In this document: positions 51,773 through 64,000 of the stretch, piece after piece
Numbering within the stretch: position 1 is the stretch's first letter
Layout of the letters: each line of letters opens with the position of its first letter
Origin: Eledone cirrhosa
Lineage: Eukaryota
Direction of reading: 5' to 3'
Length of the DNA stretch: 64,000 nt
Assembly: GCA_964016885.1 (NCBI GenBank)
Contig: OZ024749.1
Location: forward strand, 10,540,001-10,604,000
Program-made: the position numbers and the translations under genes
Notes under the pieces: model-generated
The model's input: only the letters and a program-made list of their open reading frames with translations
Database searches by the model: none
What the model was told of the DNA's origin: nothing

Positions 51773-54700
51773 CCTATGCCTTGTATCAACAACCCTAGTA
51801 ATGTAATAACTCACCTATGTCTTGTATCAACAACCCTAATAATGTAATAACTCACCTATGCCTTGTATCAACAACCCTAATAATGTAATAACTCACCTAT
51901 GTCTTGTATCAACAACCCTAATAATGTAATAACTCACCTATGTCTTGTATCAACAACCCTAGTAATGTAATAACTCACCTATGCCTTGTATCAACAACCC
52001 TAATAATGTAATAACTCACCTATGTCTTGTATCAACAACCCTAGTAATGTAATAACTCACCTATGCCTTGTATCAACAACCCTAATAATGTAATAACTCA
52101 CCTATGTCTTGTATCAACAACCCTAGTAATGTAATAACTCACCTATGCCTTGTATCAACAACCCTAATAATGTAATAACTCACCTATGTCTTGTATCAAC
52201 AACCCTAGTAATGTAATAACTCACCTATGCCTTGTATCAACAACCCTAATAATGTAATAACTCACCTATGTCTTGTATCAACAACCCTAATAATGTAATA
52301 ACTCACCTATGCCTTGTATCAACAACCCTAATAATGTAATAACTCACCTATGTCTTGTATCAACAACCCTAATAATGTAATAACTCACCTATGTCTTGTA
52401 TCAACAACCTTAGTAATGTAATAACTCACCTATGCCTTGTATCAACAACCCTAATAATGTAATAACTCACCTATGTCTTGTATCAACAACCCTAGTAATG
52501 TAATAACTCACCTATGCTTTGTATCAACAACCCTAATAATGTAATAACTCACCTATGTCTTGTATCAACAACCCTAGTAATGTAATAACTCACCTATGCC
52601 TTGTATCAACAACCCTAATAATGTAATAACTCACCTATGTCTTGTATCAACAACCCTAGTAATGTAATAACTCACCTATGCCTTGTATCAACAACCCTAA
52701 TAATGTAATAACTCACCTATGTCTTGTATCAACAACCCTAGTAATGTAATAACTCACCTATGCCTTGTATCAACAACCCTAATAATGTAATAACTCACCT
52801 ATGTCTTGTATCAACAACCCTAATAATGTAATAACTCACCTATGCCTTGTATCAACAACCCTAATAATGTAATAACTCACCTATGTCTTGTATCAACAAC
52901 CCTAATAATGTAATAACTCACCTATGTCTTGTATCAACAACCCTAGTAATGTAATAACTCACCTATGCCTTGTATCAACAACCCTAATAATGTAATAACT
53001 CACCTATGTCTTGTATCAACAACCCTAGTAATGTAATAACTCACCTATGCCTTGTATCAACAACCCTAATAATGTAATAACTCACCTATGTCTTGTATCA
53101 ACAACCCTAGTAATGTAATAACTCACCTATGCCTTGTATCAACAACCCTAGTAATGTAATAACTCACCTATGTCTTGTATCAACCCTAATAATGTAATAA
53201 CTCACCTATGCCTTGTATCAACAACCCTAATAATGTAATAACTCACCTATGTCTTGTATCAACAACCCTAGTAATGTAATAACTCACCTATGCCTTGTAT
53301 CAACAACCCTAATAATGTAATAACTCACCTATGTCTTGTATCAACAACCCTAGTAATGTAATAACTCACCTATGTCTTGTATCAACAACCCTAATAATGT
53401 AATAACTCACCTATGTCTTGTATCAACAACCCTAGTAATGTAATAACTCACCTATGCCTTGTATCAACAACCCTAATAATGTAATAACTCACCTATGTCT
53501 TGTATCAACAACCCTAGTAATGTAATAACTCACCTATGTCTTGTATCAACAACCCTAATAATGTAATAACTCACCTATGTCTTGTATCAACAACCCTAGT
53601 AATGTAATAACTCACCTATGCCTTGTATCAACAACCCTAATAATGTAATAACTCACCTATGTCTTGTATCAACAACCCTAGTAATGTAATAACTCACCTA
53701 TGCCTTGTATCAACAACCCTAATAATGTAATAACTCACCTATGCCTTGTATCAACAACCCTAATAATGTAATAACTCACCTATGTCTTGTATCAACAACC
53801 CTAGTAATGTAATAACTCACCTATGTCTTGTATCAACAACCCTAATAATGTAATAACTCACCTGTCTTGTATCAACAACCCTAGTAATGTAATAACTCAC
53901 CTATGCCTTGTATCAACAACCCTAATAATGTAATAACTCACCTATGTCTTGTATCAACAACCCTAATAATGTAATAACTCACCTATGTCTTGTATCAACA
54001 ACCCTAATAATGTGTAGTGACCTACATTCCGCGGGCTCACATACATTCTCTGTGTGTGATTTGGCTCAGTTCAGCCAATCAGCGCCAGTAGAAGAGGATG
54101 TATCCCTATGCGCCCTGAGGAAGAAATTCACCGCGAAGATTTGAAGAATCTCGCTCTTATACCAGAAACTTCGAGCCAGCAACACGCATAATGTAACAGT
54201 GAGATATTGCACCACTAGCCTCGCCGGCTTAACGGCGCAATGGCACATTCCATTTTTGTAACCTCTTTGTATCTGTAACTTCAACCATATAAATAAACAA
54301 ACATTTCATCTCTAATTACTGCGGTTGAAGTCGTTATTATGTTACTCGTGTCTCAATAACATCTTTAATCCATGCTGCTGGAATTGGCGACCTGACGAAA
54401 GGAATATTGTGAATAGAATGTAAATAGATCGAGGGACCTTCCCTCACGTCTATGTCAACAAGATAATCCAACGAGGATACTATCACTTACCACACTGGCA
54501 ACTAACGACCACTGATTCTACCACCCTGCTAAAGTGGCGATAACATCTATAACCAATACTGCTAAAGTGGTGACCGACGTAAGAATATCACGCAGCCCTT
54601 CTTATTCATTCAGTTTAACTTTTATTGCCACGTCGCAACTTGCGAAAATCCAGAATATTCCTTTTAAGATTTTTGAAAAATTGGCAGTATTTCAAAAACT

Positions 54701-57700
54701 TTTTCGCCACGAAAAAATTTCAAGATGGCTACCGACATGTCATGGCTACGCTTGACAACAACAATGACAGCAGCAGCGACAGCGTTGTTTAACCACTGAC
54801 CAATACAGGGAACAGTGAGTGGCAGCTTCATAACCTTACCGACGCCAACCACCACACATCGGAAATTTCAAAACGGCTTGTAACTTTACCGACGCAACCA
54901 CCATACCTTCTGTCTCGTTACCACAGGGACGCGAGAAATTGAGACAGTAGTTTTCTCACCATTATGGCGTCAGACGTGACTGCCATATTTGGTGACTCCT
55001 AATCTACAGAAGATTCTTTGACTTTGCTTTAACAATAAGAAACACAACCGTGTGGCGGGACGGGAAAATGGCCACGAAATCTCACAAAAACACCATACAT
55101 CTAACCCCTAATGGCATTAACAAACTTCTTTTTCAGTTTTCGGACAGAACTAGTGTCTGTACACTGGTGAAGTGTGAACTATTTGACTTTGAAAAACTTT
55201 GAACTTATTGAGCAATTTCTCTGCTCCCCTAGATTGACTTTGAATTATCAGTTTGTTACATTCACATATTTCTTTGTAGAATGCATTTACTTGTTTTGTG
55301 CTCTTTTGCTATTTGCTTGCTCATGGTTTTTGTTTGTTCACATTCTTTGCTGTTTTACATGCCTGCATATGCACACATTTTTTTTATCACACACCAACAT
55401 GTTGTTCTTGGTATATGTTCTTCAAACGTAATATTCTGCGAGTCCCTTTTCACCTGGTTGAGATGCTGGCAGCTCACAGAGCTTAATCCACTGGATTCAA
55501 ACAGTCACCGCAACACGAGAATACTAATTGCAGCTGAACTCAAACAGCTTCGCATCTCGTTGCACACTGATCGTCCATGACGGCCATCCGTATTGTTGTT
55601 TTTGCCCGACTCGCTGGGAAAGCAACAAATTGAACTGGACTTGTTAGAATTTCGGCCACTTCTGTGGATTCGCCCGAATTATGGAATTTACACTGCAACC
55701 CACCTACAGATTAAACTTGCCTTTTGTTCTTTACAAAGCAACCAGCCATTTTTTCCTGGCTCCACAGCACATTCGACAATACATCTGGGGGCCATCATTT
55801 TCTCGCCAGCACTGGTAAACTACCATAATAGCTTCGTTCACAGCTACTGGTACAACGCTTACCATTAACATTTAATGCAAGAACAGCAACTTCGCCCATG
55901 TCAGACTTTATCCGTTTTTTGTTAGACCTTTGGCGGTCACGTATAAACAACAAAACAACTGGTCATTTGACACAGCGGCTCAGCACGGCCCGTAGCGCCT
56001 CATTTTTTGTTCTTGCATGCAACCTTCTGCTCAATTATTTTTTCACTGATGTGCTCTTTCAGCATTTGTTCTTGCTGATTCAATAATATGTGGGTCCTTG
56101 GTTTCTTCGTTATCGATTTTCGGCTGAAAATCTGGTTGGAGGTGATGTAGTGACCTACATTCCGCGGGCTCACATACATTCTCTGTGCGTGATTTGGCTC
56201 AGTTCAGCCAATCAGCGCCAGTAGAAGAGGATGTATCCCTACGCGCCCTGAGGAAGAAATTCACCGCGTAGATTTGAAGAATCTCTAGCTTGTACCAGAA
56301 ACTTCGAGCCAGCAACACGCATAATGTAACAGTGAGATATTGCACCACTAGCCTCGCCGGCTTAACGGCGCAATGGCACATTCCATTTTTGTAACCTCTT
56401 TGTATCTGTAACTTCAACCATATAAATAAACAAACATTTCATCTCTAATTACTGCGGTTGAAGTCGTTATTATGTTACTCGTGTCTCAATAACATCTTTA
56501 ATCCATGCTGCTGGAATTGGCGACCTGACGAAAGGAATATTGTGAATAGATGGTAAATAGATCGAGGGACCTTCCCTCACGTCTATGTCAACAAGATAAT
56601 CCAACGAGGATACTATCACTTACCACACTGGCAACTAACGACCACTGATTCTACCACCCTGCTAAAGTGGCGATAACATCTATAACCAATACTGCTAAAA
56701 ATGTAATAACTCACCTGTCTTGTATCAACAACCCTAGTAATGTAATAACTCACCTATGTCTTGTATCAACAACCCTAGTAATGTAATAACTCACCTATGC
56801 CTTGTATCAACAACCCTAGTAATGTAATAACTCACCTATGTCTTGTATCAACAACCCTAGTAATGTAATAACTCACCTATGTCTTGTATCAACAACCCTA
56901 ATAATGTAATAACTCACCTATGTCTTGTATCAACAACCCTAATAATGTAATAACTCACCTATGCCTTGTATCAACAACCCTAATAATGTAATAACTCACC
57001 TATGTCTTGTATCAACAACCCTAATAATGTAATAACTCACCTATGCCTTGTATCAACAACCCTAATAATGTAATAACTCACCTATGTCTTGTATCAACAA
57101 CCCTAATAATGTAATAACTCACCTATGCCTTGTATCAACAACCCTAATAATGTAATAACTCACCTATGTCTTGTATCAACAACCCTAGTAATGTAATAAC
57201 TCACCTATGCCTTGTATCAACAACCCTAATAATGTAATAACTCACCTATGCCTTGTATCAACAACCCTAATAATGTAATAACTCACCTATGCCTTGTATC
57301 AACAACCCTAATAATGTAATAACTCACCTATGCCTTGTATCAACAACCCTAATAATGTAATAACTCACCTATGCCTTGTATCAACAACCCTAATAATGTA
57401 ATAACTCACCTATGCCTTGTATCAACAACCCTAATAATGTAATAACTCACCTATGTCTTGTATCAACAACCCTAATAATGTAATAACTCACCTATGCCTT
57501 GTATCAACAACCCTAATAATGTAATAACTCACCTATGTCTTGTATCAACAACCCTAATAATGTAATAACTCACCTATGCCTTGTATCAACAACCCTAATA
57601 ATGTAATAACTCACCTATGTCTTGTATCAACAACCCTAATAATGTAATAACTCACCTATGCCTTGTATCAACAACCCTAATAATGTAATAACTCACCTAT

Positions 57701-59244
57701 GTCTTGTATCAACAACCCTAATAATGTAATAACTCACCTATGCCTTGTATCAACAACCCTAATAATGTAATAACTCACCTATGTCTTGTATCAACAACCC
57801 TAGTAATGTAATAACTCACCTATGCCTTGTATCAACAACCCTAATAATGTAATAACTCACCTATGCCTTGTATCAACAACCCTAATAATGTAATAACTCA
57901 CCTATGCCTTGTATCAACAACCCTAATAATGTAATAACTCACCTATGCCTTGTATCAACAACCCTAATAATGTAATAACTCACCTATGCCTTGTATCAAC
58001 AACCCTAATAATGTAATAACTCACCTATGCCTTGTATCAACAACCCTAATAATGTAATAACTCACCTATGTCTTGTATCAACAACCCTAGTAATGTAATA
58101 ACTCACCTATGCCTTGTATCAACAACCCTAATAATGTAATAACTCACCTATGCCTTGTATCAACAACCCTAGTAATGTAATAACTCACCTATGTCTTGTA
58201 TCAACAACCCTAATAATGTAATAACTCACCTATGTCTTGTATCAACAACCCTAATAATGTAATAACTCACCTATGCCTTGTATCAACAACCCTAGTAATG
58301 TAATAACTCACCTATGTCTTGTATCAACAACCCTAGTAATGTAATAACTCACCTATGTCTTGTATCAACAACCCTAATAATGTAATAACTCACCTATGCC
58401 TTGTATCAACAACCCTAGTAATGTAATAACTCACCTATGTCTTGTATCAACAACCCTAATAATGTAATAACTCACCTATGTCTTGTATCAACAACCCTAG
58501 TAATGTAATAACTCACCTATGTCTTGTATCAACAACCCTAATAATGTAATAACTCACCTATGTCTTGTATCAACAACCCTAATAATGTAATAACTCACCT
58601 ATGTCTTGTATCAACAACCCTAGTAATGTAATAACTCACCTATGTCTTGTATCAACAACCCTAGTAATGTAATAACTCACCTATGTCTTGTATCAACAAC
58701 CCTAATAATGTAATAACTCACCTATGTCTTGTGTCAGCAGCACCAATGATGTAATAACTCACCTATGTCTTGTATCAACAACCCTAGTAATGTAATAACT
58801 CACCTATGTCTTGTATCAACAACCCTAGTAATGTAATAACTCACCTATGTCTTGTATCAACAACCCTAGTAATGTAATAACTCACCTATGTCTTGTATCA
58901 ACAACCCTAATAATGTAATAACTCACCTATGTCTTGTATCAACAACCCTAATAATGTAATAACTCACCTATGCCTTGTATCAACCCTAATAATGTAATAA
59001 CTCACCTATGTCTTGTATCAACAACCCTAATAATGTAATAACTCACCTATGTCTTGTATCAACAACCCTAATATTGTAATAACTAACCTATGTCTTGTAT
59101 CAACAACCCTAATAATGTAATAACTCACCTATGTCTTGTATCAACAACCCTAGTAATGTAATAACTCACCTATGCCTTGTATCAACAACCCTAATAATGT
59201 AATAACTCACCTATGTCTTGTGTCAGCAGCACCAATGATGTAAT
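51773..59244 (-). repeat. 41-bp satellite (about 115 copies) derived from the ECM29 exon/intron junction, split by an LTR element
   Basis: unit ctcacctatgtcttgtatcaacaaccctaataatgtaataa runs in register into the exon end at 59211-59244. Confidence 0.97.
54013..56699 (+). mobile_element. non-autonomous LTR retroelement: 554-bp LTRs (54013-54566, 56146-56699), 4-bp TSD aatg, PBS-like tggtgaccgacgt, purine-rich tract before the 3' LTR
   Basis: direct repeats starting tgtagtg; TSD at 54009-54012 and 56700-56703; no recognisable gag/pol ORF in the 1.58-kb interior. Confidence 0.9.
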
Positions 59245-59429
59245 GGCATATAACTTTCTCATCAGGAAATATACCGGAACCCAGGAAATTCAAAATACCC
59301 AATTTGCATTTTTCCAATTCCTCTGGCTTTAAAGGCTCTTCACCAGTAACTCTCTTTAATGACTGTATGCTCATCCCAGGAGGTGGAACTGCTGGAGAAG
59401 TCTCACCAGATGGCGTGGTTGCATGAGCA
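59211..59429 (-). CDS. ECPAS: ECM29/ECPAS coding exon (first in window): AHATTPSGETSPAVPPPGMS...LEKCKLGILNFLGSGIFPDEKVICHYIIGAADTRH
   Basis: tttgcag| acceptor and AG|gtgagt donor; peptide matches the ECM29 segment LEQCKLGIVKF...ASSDTRHS as I recall it. Confidence 0.92.
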
Positions 59430-59527
59430 CTGCAAATAAAAATGGTGCAAGACATATTCTATAGTTGCGACAAATATGTGTTTTAAACACTCATTTCTGT
59501 ATTTAAAAATGACATATTTACATATGT

Positions 59528-60120
59528 GAAGGCGCACGGCTTAGTGGTTAGAGCATTGGGCTTGCAATCGAAAGGTTGTGAGTTCAATTCTCGGACTGGG
59601 TGATGTGTTGTTTCCTTGAGCAAGACACTTTATTTCACATTGCTCCAGTTTACTCAGCTGCAGAAATGAGTACCGGCCTGCCCGCCCAGCCAGTGGGATG
59701 GCGTAATCTTATAGCTAAAACAGCACGACGTGCTGTGACCAGCGGCGCCGATCAGCGCCCGACAGACTGGTCGGTCAAGGTGATATTTACATATATTACT
59801 AAAGACCCCCTTCGGTCACGAATGACCATAGGATTTGCACCCAGAAAGTTTCCCTCCGAGACACAAGTCCAGGCAAGGTTGTCTGTGAAAGACCAGCAGC
59901 TGGCCATGTATACCAGCCTCCCCTCTCCACGACACCAATGTTGTCCGAGGGAAAGGTAATGACCATTACAGCTTGGCACCAGTGACATCACAACTCATTT
60001 CTACAGCTGAGTAAACTGGAGCAACGTGAAATAAAGTGCCTTGCTCAAGGACTCAACTCATCGAACTCACAACCTCTCGATTCTAAGCCCATCACTCTAA
60101 CCACTAAGCCATGCGCCTTC
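59528..60120. mobile_element. two S2 tRNA-derived SINEs, tail to tail
   Basis: head gaaggcgcacggcttagtggttagag on plus at 59528 and on minus ending at 60120. Confidence 0.85.
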
Positions 60121-60126
60121 ACATAT

Positions 60127-62843
60127 ATCATCATCATCATCATTTTATGTCCGCTTTTCCCTGCTTGCAAGGGTGGGACGGGTCCTCTTCAGCACAGCAT
60201 CTCTCAACTTGTCACGGTCCTTTGTCATCTCCACCGTGAGCTTCAGCGATCTGAGGTCAGCTCTCACCACCTCCACCCATGTTTATTGTGGTCTTCTACT
60301 GCGTCTTCCTTCCACTGGGATTTCTTGGCACTTCTTCACCCAGCGGTCATCTTCCATGCATATCACATGGCCATACCAACGCATTCTTCTCTTCCGTACA
60401 CTACAGTTTATCCCTCTTATACAGTTTCACTCTCAACTTGTCTATGGTTGTTCACACACATTGACATTGTACATCCATCAGAGCATGCTTGCCTCATTTC
60501 TCTCCAGCCATCGCATATCCTCTGTAGTTGCTGCCCATGTCTCACTACCATGCAGCATCGCGCATCCACACGGGCATCATATAACCAACATTTCATTCAT
60601 AGGGAGAAACCCTTTGTTGCCAACAAAGGAAGCAGCTCCCTAAACTTCTTCCATCCCGTCCTTATTCTAGATACTATGGCCTCGGAGCATCCTCCTTCCG
60701 TGTTAATCTGATCACCTAGATATCGGAAGCTATCAACCACTTCTATAGATCATCATCATCACCGTTTTACGTCCGTTCTTCCATGCTAGCATGGGTTAGA
60801 CGGGTTGTCCTGTTGTGGGCAGTGTCTGGTCGGCTGACGATGCCTTGCTTATACAGGAACTGATTTTGGCTTGATTTCTACAGCTGGATGCCCTTCCTAA
60901 CACCAACCTCATTTACAGTGAGTGCTGGGTGCTTTTTCAGTGGCGCCTACACGTCCACTTTACAGTGTGGGCTGGGTGCTTTTTTGCCGTGGCACCTCCA
61001 CGACCACTTTGCAGTGCGAGGGTGTGGGGGCATATTGTCTATATGCTTCAGCTTGTACCCATGGGAGGTCGGGTACTCTGTATTACTGTGTGACGCCAGA
61101 GGTCACGGTCGTGTGTCATCGCCTTTGAGAGGTGTAATTGGGTAAGGTCGGGTTTTATCACCTCATGTAACATTGCTGTTACCATGCAACATTGCTGTTC
61201 GGATACATGCATCATACAGTCTGCCTTTCATTTTGAGGGAGAAGCCTTTTGCAGCTAGCAGTGGCAGTAGTTCCCTGAACTTCTTCCATCCCGTTCTTAC
61301 CCTAGTTATTGTACTTTCTGAACACCCACCTAAGCAGCTAATTCGGTCACCTAGGTAGCAGAAGCTGTCTACTGTTTCTACAGAACCCTCTCAGAGATTG
61401 GTGGTACTTGTTTCCTGTGGCTGTTTGCTGCTTGCTGTCCCAGCTCAGCTGCTACATGTGAAGCCTACATTCTTAATTAAGCTTCCTGAGATCCCACTAC
61501 ATCTCTTGTGTACCCATTGTTTGCATTTGGGGCAGAGAATGGAGTTCTTACCTACACCTTTCCTACATACTGAGCAAGGCCATTTCCCTGAAGGGATCTG
61601 GGTTCTGTTTTCTCGTCTACTTACAAGGACCTTAGTCTTTGTCATGTTGACTTTGAGACCCTTTCTTTCTAGTCCCTGCTTCCAAGTTTGGAATTTCTTC
61701 TCTAGTTCTACCATAGATTCAGCTATAAGTGCGAGGTCATCTGCATACAGGAGTTCCCATGGGCATCCGGTCTTAAACTCCTCCGTTATTGCCTGCAGGA
61801 CTATGATGAACAGGAGAGGGCTAAGAACAGAGCCCTGGTGGACACCAACCTGTACGCTAAATTCCTCGCTATACTCATTGCTAATCCTAACTTTGCTGAC
61901 TGCTCCCCTATACATGGCTTGTACAGCTTTCACAAGCCATTCATCTACACCTAGTTTTCTAAGAGCCCACCAGATTAACTGTATTTGAAAAATGTGCCTA
62001 TCACTGACACTTCTAATATCAATTTTCTCTGAACATCTACTGCATATAAAGTTTTCACTACCTGTTAGTTTGCCTACTATCCCACTACACCTCTTGTGTA
62101 CCCAAGATCTGTATTGGGTACATTCTATAGAGTTTATGCCAACTCCTTTTCTAAATATCGAGCATGGCCATTTCCATGATGGAATCAGATTCTTGTCCTC
62201 TTTCCTACTTATCAACACTTTAGTCTTTGCTAGGTCCATTCTCAGTCCTCTTGATTCCAACTTCTGTTTCCATAGCCAGAATTGATTCTCTAGCTCTTCT
62301 ACAGATTCTGCTATAAGTACCAGATCGTCAGCATAGAGAAGTTCCCATGGGCAGCCAATCTGAAGCTCCTCTGTTATGGCTTAGAGAACTATAATGAACA
62401 AGAGTGGGCTGAGGACCAAACCCTGATGAACTCCTACTTGTATCTGGAATTCCTCACGAGACTCCATTCCTACTCTTACTTTACTGACAGCTCCTCTGTA
62501 CATAGCTTGCACTGTCCTCACAAGCCATTCCTCTACACCTAGTTTCCTTAGGGACCACAAGATGACAGATCGGGGTACTCTATCAAAGGCCTTCTCTAGG
62601 TCAACAAAAGTTAAATATAGTGGATTATTCTTCTCTAAGAACTTCTCTTGTAGTTGTCTCACTAAGAAGAGGGCTGTTGTACTTTTCCCAGGCACAAAAC
62701 CAAACTGCATCTCATCTAATTTGACTCTTTCTCTAATTAGTTGTGCTAGCACTCTTTCTGTCATTTTCATAACCTGATCCATCAGTTTTATGCTCCTATA
62801 ATTGCTCCTCTCCAGAGCATCCCCTTTACCTTTGTAGCAATTT
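60127..62843 (-). mobile_element. RTE family 1 fragment with a nested RTE family 2-type copy (about 60750-61972)
   Basis: family 1 breaks at RHIFQ / IEVVDSF; insert has its own RT part, UTR and (GAT)n tail. Confidence 0.9.
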
Positions 62844-62845
62844 AC

Positions 62846-63690
62846 AAGACCTGGACACAATGCAGCAATGGATCACAGACTGGCAACTGAAGCTGGCTGT
62901 GGACAAGTGTACCACCATGCATTTTGGGAGGAAAAATCCAGCGTCCACATACTCCCTCCACAACACTGATATCAAGAAGTCCTCTTGTGAACGTGACCTG
63001 GGCTTTACTGTCAGCAGCAATTTGCGTTGGACAAAGCATGTCTCTAAGATTGTCAAGAAGGCTGAGGGTGTCTTGGCATCACTCAGCAAGACCTTTGTTA
63101 GCCGCTCTCCAGCCATCTATTTGAAGCTGTATACAGCTATGGTACGACCACACTTGGAATTCGCATCATCAGTCTGGAACCCCTATCTTGCTCAGAACAT
63201 TTACCTCCTGGAAACTGTTCAGAGACGTGCAACCAAGCGCATACCCTCCATCAGACACCTACCATACTCTGAACGCCTTGCTTCCCTGGGCATGGATTCA
63301 ATGAAGCTCCAACGTCTGGCAATGGACTCAGTAAATACCCACAAAGTTATTAACCATCTCGCCAACAACAACTCTGAGCACCTTTTTGATCTCCATGTGT
63401 CTAACACACGTGGACATGCCTACAAAATCAGAAAACAGCACAGCTCCCATGACTTTCGGAAACATTTTTTCACGCTCAGAGTTGCTGAAGCATGGAACAA
63501 ACATTTGCGTCAGTTGTTAGCTGCTGAGACACTGCATCCTTTAAAACCTCCATGGAACAAACTGCCTGCATCAGTTGTTAGCTGCTGAGATATTGCATCC
63601 TTTAAAACCCTCATGCTTCACAAAATTCACCAAAACTACACCTGATGTACCCCTTCCAGACACATGCACACGTGTATATCATGACTCATG
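62846..63690 (+). mobile_element. CR1-type LINE 3' fragment with a short internal duplication
   Basis: homologous to 43085-43830; catggaacaaa...gcatccttt duplicated. Confidence 0.92.
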
Positions 63691-64000
63691 CACTGTTCAT
63701 TATTTTAGCCTCAAGCTAGGCATGAAAATCGGATTGCCTTCCAAACACACCCTGCTCTTCCAGCTTGATGTACGCCCAAAGCTATGTGCTGCAGTTTCCT
63801 TAAACCTCAACTCAGCACAATATGAAAGCTTCAGCCTATGTGATGATGGGCAGATATGGAAGTTTATTAAGGCTGGTGAAACATAGAAAAGAGATTCCAG
63901 CTGGTCTTAAAACACTGTATCAACAACTGGCAATAAAAAAACTGGAAAAACTCTGCGAAACTAAATGAGAACAACTTGCCATCCCCTGCACATCGTCATA

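Noticed and set aside
54391-54450. CTGACGA in the LTR as a hammerhead core
   Set aside because: No appropriately placed GAAA, cleavage triplet or stem I
55174-56086. Short ORFs inside the LTR element as gag/pol
   Set aside because: No recognisable retroviral motifs; all under 100 aa
59528-59600. tRNA gene
   Set aside because: A and B boxes continue into a SINE body with several dispersed copies; no complete cloverleaf seen

Overview
AT-rich, repeat-dense animal DNA; the SINE/LINE repertoire and the long (TA)n tracts suggest an octopus or other coleoid cephalopod (inference). The whole window lies inside one minus-strand gene, ECM29/ECPAS (proteasome adaptor and scaffold). I could place 14 GT-AG exons between 59429 and 4416 that splice in phase into about 540 uninterrupted codons. 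The introns hold large tandem arrays, RTE, CR1, CRE, L1/Tx1-like and RNase-H-bearing LINE pieces, two tRNA-derived SINE families, a non-coding LTR element and an ENPP-like pseudogene. Two things stand out. (1) About seven sequence-distinct type-I hammerhead ribozyme motifs sit in short, often fold-back elements docked at (TA)n tracts; these are probably Penelope-like retroelement pLTR derivatives, and several are in the sense of the ECM29 pre-mRNA. (2) A 41-bp satellite of about 115 copies is a tandem amplification of an ECM29 exon/intron junction, so nearly every unit carries the same AG|GTGAGT splice donor as the real exon. All calls were made by eye, without database searches or folding software.
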